From assembly GCA_963705305.1 (NCBI GenBank), contig OY970067.1:5280001-5344000 (forward strand): a DNA stretch of 64,000 nucleotides. The letters are read 5' to 3'. Within the stretch, counting starts at the first letter, position 1, and each line of letters starts with the position of its first letter. Under the pieces are notes generated by a model that worked only from the letters and a program-made list of their open reading frames with translations, was not told the origin of the DNA and did no database searches. A program made the position numbers and the translations under genes. Positions 39,012 through 48,295 of the stretch are shown piece after piece. The DNA is from an uncultured Methylomirabilota bacterium. Lineage in GTDB: Bacteria > Methylomirabilota > Methylomirabilia > Methylomirabilales > 2-02-FULL-66-22.

Positions 39012-40910
39012 CTAGCCACCCAAGTGCATGAGATGGGGCACCACCAGGCTAAACCAGGGCACGAAGGCCACCAGGGCCAAGCCAAGCGCCAAGACGACCA
39101 GGTAGGGCAGGATGCGCGGCACTGTCTCCTCCATGGAGGCCCCGCACACCGCACATGTGACGTACAGCCCGATGCCGACGGGCGGTGAAAAGAGCCCTAT
39201 GCCCATACCGAAGATCAGCAAAATGCCATAATGGAGCGGGTTAATTCCCAATTGGGTAGCTACCGGGAGGAGCATCGGGCCGAAAATCAATAGGGCGGGC
39301 AGCCCCTCTAACAGAGCCCCGACGAACACCAGGCAGAGCACGCTGCCCAACAGGAAAAGCCATCGCGCCCCCCCGGCGAGGCCCAGCAACTTGCTGACGA
39401 GCTGTGGCATATTGGCAATCGTCAGGGTCCAGGAGAATGCCGTGGCCGCGGCAACGATGAACAAGATCATCCCGGACATCGCGGCGGCCTCCGCCAGGAC
39501 GCGGCGGAGATCAGCTGGACTGAGGCTGTGGTACAGAAAGATCGAGACGGCCAGGGCATATGCTACGGCGAAGGCTGAGACCTCGGTGGGGGTGGCAATA
39601 CCCGTGAGGATTCCGCCCACGAGGAGGATGGGTACCAGCAGGGCCGGCAGGGCGTGGACGCCAGCCCGCCACTGCCCTCGCCAGGGGACACGCGGTGTCG
39701 GGCGCCGGCCCGCGAGTCGAGCTCGCACATAGATGAGGAGCATCAGGCAGAGGCCCACCACGATAGCGGGGAGCAGGCCAGCCAGGAAGAGGGCCCCCAC
39801 CGAGATGGTTGTGATAGACCCCAGCACCAGCATGGGGATACTCGGTGGCACGGTTTCGCCCATCACCGCCGCGGCGGCCAGCACTGCCGCCGTCTCGGAG
39901 GGCTCGTAGCCCTGCTCGCGCAGCATGTCGCGCATCGCCGTGCCGACGGCGGCGACATCGGCCACCTTGGAGCCAGAAATGCCTGAGAAGATATACATGG
40001 TGATGACGATGACCTGGAGGAGACCCCCCCGCAGGGGACCCACCAACGTTTGCACGAATTCCGCAAGGGGTCGGCTGAGCCCGCCATCCGTCATCAGGAA
40101 GCCGGCCAGAACGAAGAAGGGGACCGCTAGCAAGACGAAATTGGCGATGCCGCCTTGCATGGTGATCGGGATCGAGTAGAGTGGCGCTATGCCGGAGGTG
40201 TAGAGGTAGAGGAGCGAGATCAGCGCAAGGACGAAACCGATGGGGATTGCCGCCAAGAGCAACACGACGAAGAATCCGATGGAAAGCCAGAGGACGACTG
40301 CATTCTGACCCCAGGGGCCCCGGAGGTCTTGCACGCACACCAAGGCCAGCAGCAGACAGAGAAGCCCGGCACCCGTGGCCAACACGGTACGCCCAGGCTG
40401 CCACCAGAGGCGCCAGGCCGCGAAACCGGCCAACAGGGCTACGCCGATGAGGAGCGGCAGGATGTACCAGGCCATGCGCATGCCGAGAATGAGCGTCCGG
40501 TCCTCCCAGCGGCTGACGAGCACGGGCAGCGCAAGCCCCCCCAGGAAGATCGAGAGCCATAGCACGAGCCAATCCATGAGGGCCGTCGCCGCCCGGCGCC
40601 AGACGGGTGAGAACCGACCGACCACCGCCTGCATCGCCATGTGCTGCCCCCGGGGGTATGCGACGGCGCCACCGACGAAGGCCACTACCGTCAAGGCGAG
40701 CTGGGCAATCTCTTCGGTCCAAAGGAGGGAGGAGTGGAAGAGAGACCGGTCTATGACGTCGGCCAAGATGAGCACCAACTCGCCGAGTAAAAAGGAGATG
40801 AGCACCGTGTCCAGGGCAGCATCCACCCACTTCGGCAGCGGAGGGATGATGTCCGTCGAGGCGGCTGTGAGAGCTTCGGTGTCCACCATTACCGCCTCGG
40901 TGCGAGCCAT
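39012..40910 (-). CDS. TRAP transporter fused small+large permease (DctQ-DctM)
   Basis: N-terminal WTEEIA..H DctQ part; LAVPFFVLAG, GISGS..AD, PPSIP, ATPTE, SPPVG DctM motifs. Confidence 0.88.
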   Translation of the reverse strand: MARTEAVMVDTEALTAASTDIIPPLPKWVDAALDTVLISFLLGELVLILADVIDRSLFHSSLLWTEEIAQLALTVVAFVGGAVAYPRGQHMAMQAVVGRFSPVWRRAATALMDWLVLWLSIFLGGLALPVLVSRWEDRTLILGMRMAWYILPLLIGVALLAGFAAWRLWWQPGRTVLATGAGLLCLLLALVCVQDLRGPWGQNAVVLWLSIGFFVVLLLAAIPIGFVLALISLLYLYTSGIAPLYSIPITMQGGIANFVLLAVPFFVLAGFLMTDGGLSRPLAEFVQTLVGPLRGGLLQVIVITMYIFSGISGSKVADVAAVGTAMRDMLREQGYEPSETAAVLAAAAVMGETVPPSIPMLVLGSITTISVGALFLAGLLPAIVVGLCLMLLIYVRARLAGRRPTPRVPWRGQWRAGVHALPALLVPILLVGGILTGIATPTEVSAFAVAYALAVSIFLYHSLSPADLRRVLAEAAAMSGMILFIVAAATAFSWTLTIANMPQLVSKLLGLAGGARWLFLLGSVLCLVFVGALLEGLPALLIFGPMLLPVATQLGINPLHYGILLIFGMGIGLFSPPVGIGLYVTCAVCGASMEETVPRILPYLVVLALGLALVAFVPWFSLVVPHLMHLGG

Positions 40911-41069
40911 GTTCTGGATTGCCTCACGTGGCTACCGGCGTGTCAGCGGACACTGAGAGCTTGTCCGCTGGACGTGAAATGCGGACGGGCACGTCCACCT
41001 GTGTCGAACAGGGGTCAGCGGCCCGTCCGCTGGGCCGGGGACAGCCACTTGAGGGCTGGGTCCCGGATC

Positions 41070-42053
41070 CTACTGTGTGCTCCGAGCTCTGTCCAAGAAG
41101 CTGCGGCCGAACTTCTTCGCATACTCGTCGGCTGTTGGGTCCGCCACAATCTTGCGGAACGCGTCGCGGTCGGGGTTCTCCTCCACCTGCATGCCGGCCG
41201 CCTTCATCGCTGCTAAGTTCTTGCCCTCGACCTGCCGGTTGAGCCGGCGTTGCCAGTCTCGCGCCTCCTGCATCGCTTCCAGCAGCGCCTTCTGGTACTC
41301 CGGCTTCAGCGCCTGGTACTCCTTGAGATTCATCACGACATTTGTGCAGGTATATGCGTGCTCGGTCAGGGACAGGTACTTCTGGACCTCGTAGAACTTG
41401 CTGTTGTAAATCAGTTCGATCGGATTCTCCTCCCCGTCGACGGTTCCCGTGCTCAAAGCCAAATAGACTTCGGGGAAGGGCATGGGCACCGGATCCGCCC
41501 CCAGGAGCCGGAACGCCTGGATGTGGGCGAGGTTCGGGGTGGTCCGGATCCTCAGCCCCTTGACATCCCCCGGCTCCTTCACCTGGCGCTTGTTGTTGGT
41601 GATGTTCCGGAAGCCGATCTCCAGGATCCCGAGGGGCGTCATGCCGTGCTTTTCCAGCAGGCTCCGGAGCTCGACCCCGATTGGGCCGTCGAGGACGCTG
41701 TACGCTTGATGATAATCTCGGAAAAGATAGGGCAGGTCGAAAAGGTTCAGCTCCGGGACAAGCGTCGTGAAGAAGGGGTTGCCCGTCATTCCGATGTCAA
41801 TCGTCCCGAATCTCACGCCATCCAGGACCTGCTGGTCGTTGCCAAGCTGCCCTGCAGGAAAGACCTGGACCCGGATGGCGTTGTTGGTCTTCTCCGCAAC
41901 CCGCTTGGCAAAATACTCTGCACCGAGGTTAATTGTATCCTGGGGCGCGTTCGTATGCCCAAACCGGAGCATTATTTGCGCATTAGCTGCCTGGACTGAA
42001 AAGAGCAACAGGGCAAGTAGGACGAGGCAGCTATACCGGGTGCGTAGTGACAT
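41070..42053 (-). CDS. TRAP transporter substrate-binding protein (DctP family)
   Basis: Signal peptide; FPAGQLG, DLPYLF, GFRN, GLRIR, VDGEENP, EVQKYLS. Confidence 0.9.
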   Translation of the reverse strand: MSLRTRYSCLVLLALLLFSVQAANAQIMLRFGHTNAPQDTINLGAEYFAKRVAEKTNNAIRVQVFPAGQLGNDQQVLDGVRFGTIDIGMTGNPFFTTLVPELNLFDLPYLFRDYHQAYSVLDGPIGVELRSLLEKHGMTPLGILEIGFRNITNNKRQVKEPGDVKGLRIRTTPNLAHIQAFRLLGADPVPMPFPEVYLALSTGTVDGEENPIELIYNSKFYEVQKYLSLTEHAYTCTNVVMNLKEYQALKPEYQKALLEAMQEARDWQRRLNRQVEGKNLAAMKAAGMQVEENPDRDAFRKIVADPTADEYAKKFGRSFLDRARSTQ

Positions 42054-42142
42054 GGCTCCCTCCTCTGCGGTACCTCATACCGCAACCACACCTAGTCTTC
42101 ACAAATCCTGCCCGCGGTTATACACTCCTTCGGGCCAGAGCT

Positions 42143-42172
42143 CTAGCAGGCTGCTGAAAAAGTCCCATCTGC
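42143..42172. mobile_element. Orphan left end of the MITE family seen at 16181
   Basis: CTAGCAGGCTGCTGAAAAAGTCCCATCTGC, one mismatch to 16177-16206; no right end found. Confidence 0.6.
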
Positions 42173-42312
42173 CGTCGACGAAGCCTCTCGATCGCGGTCG
42201 CGTGCTCGTCTCCCGGACGACTTCCGCGGTAAGCTCCTTCGCAGGCCGGTTCGAGTGTGGCCCAGGCTCACCGTGGGAGGGAATTGCACTTTGGCCTCCC
42301 GTGCGGGACCGA

Positions 42313-43098
42313 TCAGCGATCAGCGTCCGGCTCATCGCGGCTGCGATGACCATGCCACCGATCGTCCGAGAGTCCGGAGAGCGGTCTACCGCGCCTAGCG
42401 GCGAAACCCTCCCCGGTATCCGGGGTGCCCCCCTGCCGCCCTCGCGTCGCGAGCAAGGGCAGCAGGTGCTCGATGATCAGCTGGATTTCCTCCCCCATCT
42501 TACGCGCCGCCCGCTCCGCGTCGTGATCCCGCAACGCCTGGAGCACATCCCGATGGGCGGCCAGGGAACGAGCCGACAGCTCGGGATCTCTCAGCCCCAT
42601 TACCCGGAAGCGATAGGATCGGTCCCAGAGGTTGCGGGCTACCCGCTCCAGCTCGGGGTTGCCGCACGCGGCGTAGATCGCATAATGGAACTCGGCATGC
42701 ACCCGGACGAGCTGGTCCGCCTCGCCGGTCGCTGCATACCCCTCCGTTTCCTTCACGATTTGCTGGAGGCGATCGAGTCCGTCCTCGGTGATGGCCCCTG
42801 CCGCCAGCTGCGCACTATGGCTGTCGAGGAGACCGCGCAGCTCGAAGATGTGCCTGAGGTCGGTCGGGGTCATATCGGCAACCACGAGCCCCTTCCGTGA
42901 AACCGTCCGGATCAACGCCTCCGCCTCGAGCCGGTTCAGCGCGTCCCGGACAGGGGCCCGGCTCACACCCAGGCAGCGTGCCAGCTCGTCCTGATTGAGG
43001 CGCGTGCCGGGTTCCAGCTTTCCGGAGAGGATCGCCTCCCGGACGGCGTTATAAGCCAGTTCCCCCATGCGATGAACATCAAGGGCGGGAAGTTCCAA
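42313..43098 (-). CDS. GntR family (FCD) transcriptional regulator
   Basis: AYNAVREAILSG..PGTRL..ELA..LGVSRAPVRDAL; FCD FH..IY..CGN. TTG 43098 has a GGAG RBS; ATG 43068 is an alternative. Confidence 0.9.
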   Translation of the reverse strand: MELPALDVHRMGELAYNAVREAILSGKLEPGTRLNQDELARCLGVSRAPVRDALNRLEAEALIRTVSRKGLVVADMTPTDLRHIFELRGLLDSHSAQLAAGAITEDGLDRLQQIVKETEGYAATGEADQLVRVHAEFHYAIYAACGNPELERVARNLWDRSYRFRVMGLRDPELSARSLAAHRDVLQALRDHDAERAARKMGEEIQLIIEHLLPLLATRGRQGGTPDTGEGFAARRGRPLSGLSDDRWHGHRSRDEPDADR

Positions 43099-43312
43099 CC
43101 AATCACTCCAAATAGTACGTATGTCGTGGAGGGTGTACGGTATTTGGTATACGAATATATGACAGATACAAAGAACCACAAGGGAAGAAATGAATGAGGC
43201 CACAACTATCTACATAGACCGATTCAGTCATGATTACTGTCATGGAAACCGCACAATCAGCATGACTGGTCAATTCCGGAACGAGCAAACAATGGCGCTG
43301 CCAGGACGGCGG

Positions 43313-44074
43313 CTAGATGCCCATCCCCCCGTCGATGCTGATGCTCGTACCGTTCATGAAGGCGGCCTCGTCCGATGCCGCGAACAGGATGGCGGAGGCG
43401 ATCTCCTCATCCGTGCCCAACCGGCCCATGGGCTGTCGCGCGACGAAGTCCGCCCTGGCCTTCTCGGGATCGGTGAAGGCCTGGATCCGCCGCTCCAGCG
43501 AGGGAGTGTAGGTGGTTCCTGGACAGACGCAGTTCACCCGGATCTTCTCCGCGATGTAATCGGCGGCCATCGCCTTGGTCAGGGCCGAGAGGCCTCCCTT
43601 GGAGGCCGAGTAGGCGGCCCGATCCTTGACTCCCTTGACGGCGGCGATCGAGGAGGTGTTGACGATCACGCCGCCCCCGCTCTTTTTCATCTCCGAGATC
43701 GCATATTTCGAGACCAGGAACGCCCCCTTCAGATTGACCGCCATCGTCCGGTCCCAATCCTCTTCCGAGGTGTTGTCCACCCTTCCGGGGAGGACGATCC
43801 CGGCGTTGTTCACCAGCACGTCAATCCGGCCGAAGGCCGTGACGGCCTCGGCGACCATCCGTCGGGCATCGGCATCCCGCGACACGTCTCCCTGGATGTA
43901 GACCCCCCGCCCGCCCGCCGCCTGGAGCAGGCGCAGCGTCTCCATACCGTTGGCCGGGGTGAGCGAGTTCACCGCCACCTTCGCTCCCTCCTTGACAAAG
44001 CGAACGGCAGCCGCCCGCCCGATCCCCACACCGGCTCCCGTGATCAGGACGACCTTTTCCTGAAATCGCACCAT
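43313..44074 (-). CDS. Short-chain dehydrogenase/reductase
   Basis: TGAGVGIG, NNAG, NTSS, YSASK, RQPMGRLG, IDGG. Confidence 0.92.
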   Translation of the reverse strand: MVRFQEKVVLITGAGVGIGRAAAVRFVKEGAKVAVNSLTPANGMETLRLLQAAGGRGVYIQGDVSRDADARRMVAEAVTAFGRIDVLVNNAGIVLPGRVDNTSEEDWDRTMAVNLKGAFLVSKYAISEMKKSGGGVIVNTSSIAAVKGVKDRAAYSASKGGLSALTKAMAADYIAEKIRVNCVCPGTTYTPSLERRIQAFTDPEKARADFVARQPMGRLGTDEEIASAILFAASDEAAFMNGTSISIDGGMGI

Positions 44075-44247
44075 CGCTCCTCCTTCGGTTCCGTGACACT
44101 CCACCCGGAACGCCGCTCGCCAAGCATCGGCGGACACTCCGCGAGCCGTCTTGCCGGCTTCCGCCCGGGACCTCCGGGAAAGCCGACTTCAAAATGATTC
44201 TCACCCGCCTGGAACCGCCGCCTCCCCAGATCCACCCGCGCGCCCTC

Positions 44248-44634
44248 TCACTCTTCGAAGAACGTGTACTTCATGGTACAGCCGATGAGATTATCCATCC
44301 GGGGAGGGCTGACGATTTCCAGAGCCTCCACGTCCCCGAGATATTCAACCCCATGGACGACATTCGAAGGAACGACCCAGATGTCCCCGGCCGTGATCAG
44401 CCGAGGGGGCTCCTTGCCGGTCGTCACCCTGGCCTCCCCCTTTTGCATGAGAATGATCTGTTCGGCCTCGTGATAATGGCGAGGGACGGTCCCGCCATCC
44501 TGGACTTTGATCTCCGTGAGCATCATCCGTTCCGTGAAAAAAATCCGGGCCTTGATTCCTTCAGAATTCGGCCGCCCGGCAAGGTAGCCGATCGTCTTCT
44601 GGGGAAAGTCTTCAAAGCGATGATAGGTGCCCAT
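44248..44634 (-). CDS. Cupin domain protein
   Basis: PRHYHEAEQ and VPSNVVHG cupin metal motifs. Confidence 0.85.
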   Translation of the reverse strand: MGTYHRFEDFPQKTIGYLAGRPNSEGIKARIFFTERMMLTEIKVQDGGTVPRHYHEAEQIILMQKGEARVTTGKEPPRLITAGDIWVVPSNVVHGVEYLGDVEALEIVSPPRMDNLIGCTMKYTFFEE

Positions 44635-44797
44635 AACGCAATCCTTTCTCGCGGTTCCCGAATCGCTGCCCAGCCATCCGAACACCGTGATGCGACAATC
44701 GAAGCTCCCCCTGCCTCGTGTGGCCGCGACCTCCAGCCGCTTCCGCGGTCCGACCCTCCGGCGGTGCCTGCCGGGCCTCAGCCTGAACGCGCGTTCG

Positions 44798-44987
44798 CCC
44801 CATTTCGAACATATCTCACCGCCAAGGCGCCAAGAATGCACTGGTCGGAATGGGCGGAACGCCCAGGGACCGGAGCCGCGTCATGTCCCCGGAAGGGGCG
44901 TTCCGGAGCCTGGGGTCACCCCAGCCGAACTCTCTGGAGTGTCGATCCTTGGCGTCATGGCGATTCAAGGGTTTTCTCGGTTCAGGG
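44798..44987. repeat. REP/MITE-like palindromic element, copy 1
   Basis: Left CCCCATTTCGAACATATCTCACCGCCAAGGCGCCA, right TGGCGTCATGGCGATTCAAGGGTTTTCTCGGTTCAGGG; both ends recur at 59455-59572. Confidence 0.7.
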
Positions 44988-45695
44988 CTAGTATACGCTG
45001 AGGTACGTTTCGACAACCTCCGGATTCTGGAGAAGCTTCTGCGGTGTGTCATGAAAGCGGATCCGGCCCACCTGAAGAATGTAGATGCGGTCGGCCACTT
45101 CGGAGGCAAGCTTGGCATTCTGCTCTGCCAGCAGCACCGTCAGGCCGGCCTCCCGCAGGCTCCGAAGGCTCTGGGTGATCTCGCCGATGACGATGGGCGC
45201 CAGGCCCATGGACGGTTCGTCGAACATGCACAGCTCGGGGTTGCTCATCAATCCCATGCCGATGGCAAGCATCTGCTGCTGCCCGCCCGACAGGGTCCCC
45301 CCCAATTGCCGGCGCCGATCGCGGAGGATGGGAAACAGGCCAAATACGCGATCCATATTCTCGCGCACCCGCGCCGGATTCTGTATCGTGTACGCCCCCA
45401 TCAGGAGATTCTCTTCCACGGACATGCCCGGGAAGAGGCCACGGCCCTCGGGCGCCAGAGCCACGCCGGCCCGCACCCGCTCGAAGGGCGCGACCGCCAG
45501 CAGCGATTGTCCCTTCAGCTCGATGGTCCCTCTCGAGGGGTGAACGAGACCCGCCACCGTGCGAAGCAGGCTGCTTTTCCCCGCGCCGTTGAGGCCGATG
45601 ATGCCCACGATCTCTCCCCGCTCGACATGAAGAGAGATTCCATCGAGGGCCAGGAAGGGCCCATAGCGAACGGTCAGGTCAGCGACTCGTAACAC
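44988..45695 (-). CDS. ABC ATP-binding protein (LivF-like)
   Basis: GTG start; GLNGAGKS, PEGRGLF, LSGGQQQM, FDEPS, EQNA. Confidence 0.88.
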   Translation of the reverse strand: MLRVADLTVRYGPFLALDGISLHVERGEIVGIIGLNGAGKSSLLRTVAGLVHPSRGTIELKGQSLLAVAPFERVRAGVALAPEGRGLFPGMSVEENLLMGAYTIQNPARVRENMDRVFGLFPILRDRRRQLGGTLSGGQQQMLAIGMGLMSNPELCMFDEPSMGLAPIVIGEITQSLRSLREAGLTVLLAEQNAKLASEVADRIYILQVGRIRFHDTPQKLLQNPEVVETYLSVY

Positions 45696-46413
45696 GGACG
45701 GACCCCAGATACTGTCGGATGACGTTGGCGTCCTGCAGGATGGCGGCGGGCGCTCCGTTCGCAATCATCTCCCCGCTCACCAGCACGACCACGCGGTCCG
45801 CCAGCTCCATGATGACCTTCATCGTATGCTCGATCACGAAGAGGGCGCACTCGGCGCGCAGCTCCTTCAGCAGCTGTATCATCTCCCGGATTTCCCCGGG
45901 GTTGAGCCCGCCCACGGGCTCATCCAGCATGATCAGCTTGGGCCGGGAAATCAGCCGCATGGCCAGCTCCAGCCGCCGCTGCTCAAACAGCGTGAGCGAG
46001 CCGGCCATGGCCCCGATCCTTTCTTTAAGGCTGAGTTTGGCGAGCAGCGCCTCGACTCCGTCCAGGGGATCGGACAGCCCAAGACGCCGGAAGTGCGGGA
46101 GGCCGGCCACGCGCAGGTTCTCGGAGACCGGGAGCTTCGCGTAGACCCGCACCGCCTGGTAGGTCCGGATGAGTCCCGCCTGGGCGATGGCGTGGGGTCT
46201 TCTTCCTGCGATCGATTTTCCGTCCAGGCGGACCTCCCCCCCGTCCAGGGCAAGGTGGCCCGTTACGGCATTAATGAATGTCGTCTTGCCGCTCCCGTTG
46301 GGACCGATCATTCCCAGCGTTTCACCCGGCGCTTGGTCTACGCTCAAGTTCTTCAGCGCCGATACGCCGCCAAAGCTCTTGTTCAATCCGCGGGCCTCCA
46401 GGAGCTTGGTCAC
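45679..46413 (-). CDS. ABC ATP-binding protein (LivG-like)
   Basis: GPNGSGKTT, RTYQ, LDEP, IEHTM. Confidence 0.88.
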   Translation of the reverse strand: MTKLLEARGLNKSFGGVSALKNLSVDQAPGETLGMIGPNGSGKTTFINAVTGHLALDGGEVRLDGKSIAGRRPHAIAQAGLIRTYQAVRVYAKLPVSENLRVAGLPHFRRLGLSDPLDGVEALLAKLSLKERIGAMAGSLTLFEQRRLELAMRLISRPKLIMLDEPVGGLNPGEIREMIQLLKELRAECALFVIEHTMKVIMELADRVVVLVSGEMIANGAPAAILQDANVIRQYLGSVRVTSR

Positions 46414-47390
46414 GGGCGGGCGGCCTCCGTCTTTCCCCGAGCCTGGGCCCGGGCCTGGCGGTGAAACAGAAAGGACCCGTAGACGCCGCGCGGCAAGAAA
46501 ATGGTGGTGAAGACGATCAGGGAACCGTAGACGATGTCCTTGTACAGGTAGAACTCCTGCATGACATAGGGAATAGGGGCAAGGATGAGCGTGCCAACGA
46601 TCGGACCGAGAATCGTGCCCTGTCCGCCGAACGCCCCGATCAGCCAGATGTTCATGCTGGTCAGCACGTCGAAGCTGCGGGGGGAAATGAAGCCGACGTA
46701 GTGGGCATAGAACGCGCCCCCCACCCCTGCGAACAAAGAGCTGATGAAGAAGGCCAGGACCTGGTACCGCGTGACCCCGATCCCCAGGGCCTCGGTGAGC
46801 AGATCATCCTCGCGGATGGCAACCAGGTATTTCCCCCAGGTGGACCGGGTCACCCGACGGACCACGTACACGGTCAGCAGAGCCGCGATCGCAAGGGACT
46901 CCTCGAACCAGGCGCCCGCAAGGGGAACGCCCCCGCGCCCGGGCAATGGGATGACGGGCGGAGGGATCTGGGAAATCCCCGTGTCTCCCCCCGTGAACTG
47001 CGGGATATACACAAAGAGCATCGTCAGGGCTGTCTGGATGACAAGGCTGGAGAGGGTGAAGTAGAAGCCGCGCAGCCGGAGCGATGGGAGGCCCAGGACC
47101 ACCCCCACCACGGCCGCCGCCAGGGCACCCACCGGCATGGCCAGCCAGAACGACACGCCGAATTTCATCACCAGATTCACGGTGGTGTAGGCGCCGACGC
47201 CGGCCAGGCCGGCATACATCAACGGCATCAGGCCCGTGAATCCCGAGAGCAGATTCATCCCCGAGGACCACAGGATGTACAGGTAGGTCACCCCAAGAAC
47301 GAAGGCGTAGAACCGGTTTGCGGAGAGCAGGAAGGGCAGCGCCAGCGCCAGGAGAACCAGGCCGGTCACCGCCCCCCGCCGATAGGCCAT
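46410..47390 (-). CDS. ABC permease (LivM-like)
   Basis: LRLRGFYF, TGGDTG, AIRED, GPIVG, LPRG. Confidence 0.88.
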   Translation of the reverse strand: MAYRRGAVTGLVLLALALPFLLSANRFYAFVLGVTYLYILWSSGMNLLSGFTGLMPLMYAGLAGVGAYTTVNLVMKFGVSFWLAMPVGALAAAVVGVVLGLPSLRLRGFYFTLSSLVIQTALTMLFVYIPQFTGGDTGISQIPPPVIPLPGRGGVPLAGAWFEESLAIAALLTVYVVRRVTRSTWGKYLVAIREDDLLTEALGIGVTRYQVLAFFISSLFAGVGGAFYAHYVGFISPRSFDVLTSMNIWLIGAFGGQGTILGPIVGTLILAPIPYVMQEFYLYKDIVYGSLIVFTTIFLPRGVYGSFLFHRQARAQARGKTEAARP

Positions 47391-47401
47391 TCCGCGCGTC
47401 C

Positions 47402-48286
47402 TTACCGGGCGAACAACCCGCTCGGTTTTACCAGCAGGATGATCAGCATAACAATCAGGTACGAGAACGCGGCCAGGGTCGGGCTGGCGTACAGGCTGAC
47501 GACCGCCTGGGTGAATCCGAATATCATCCCGATCACCACGGAGCCCAGCACGCTCCCCGGCCCGCCCACGATCATGATGGCGAAGGCGATAATGGCCATG
47601 TTCCAGGCCATCGTCAGGTCAAAGGCGTAGGCCATCGTGAACAGGACCCCGCCCATGGTGATGACCAGCATCGCCAGAACGAAGGAGAAGCGATAGATGC
47701 GATGGACATCCACCCCCCGCAGGGTCGCGGCTTCGCGGTTCTGGAACACGGCTCGCAGGGCCCGGCCGATCCGATGGAGGCGGAGGAACGCAAACAATCC
47801 TGCGAGCACGAACAGGGCGATGAGCAGCACCAGCAGGCGCGTGCGCGGGAAGGGAAAGGGGCCGAGCATGATGACCCCGGGCCAGACCGCCGATAGACTG
47901 TACTGGTCGCTCCAGCGGCCGTAGGTGCAGGTGAAGGCCCCCGCGAAGATCTGGGCCAGCCCCAGGGTCATAATGAAGTAAACGATGTTCCGGTTGGGGA
48001 CATTGTAAAAGGGACGGACCAGGAGCTTCTCCAGAATCAGCGAGCAGGGGATGGAGCCCACGATCACGACAGCCGTCGCCATAAACGGCGACAATCCCCA
48101 GTTGACCACCAGGCTCCACATCAGCAGCCCGGCCAAGAGGAAGAATTGGCCGTTGGCGGCATTCGGGAACCAGATAGTCCCGTACATGATGGTCACCCCG
48201 GCGGCCACCAGGCTGAAAATGGCCCCCACGATCAGGCCGGTGGTGATGACCGCCAGGGCGTTGAGGACGACTCCCTCGAAGGCCAT
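47402..48286 (-). CDS. ABC permease (LivH-like)
   Basis: GRALRAV, IVGGPGS, KPSGLF; hydrophobic. Confidence 0.85.
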   Translation of the reverse strand: MAFEGVVLNALAVITTGLIVGAIFSLVAAGVTIMYGTIWFPNAANGQFFLLAGLLMWSLVVNWGLSPFMATAVVIVGSIPCSLILEKLLVRPFYNVPNRNIVYFIMTLGLAQIFAGAFTCTYGRWSDQYSLSAVWPGVIMLGPFPFPRTRLLVLLIALFVLAGLFAFLRLHRIGRALRAVFQNREAATLRGVDVHRIYRFSFVLAMLVITMGGVLFTMAYAFDLTMAWNMAIIAFAIMIVGGPGSVLGSVVIGMIFGFTQAVVSLYASPTLAAFSYLIVMLIILLVKPSGLFAR

Positions 48287-48295
48287 CGGAGATTT

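Noticed and set aside
42196..42209. 14-nt identity GGTCGCGTGCTCGT with the hairpin arm near 5407
   Set aside because: A single short GC-rich match is expected by chance in 64 kb.
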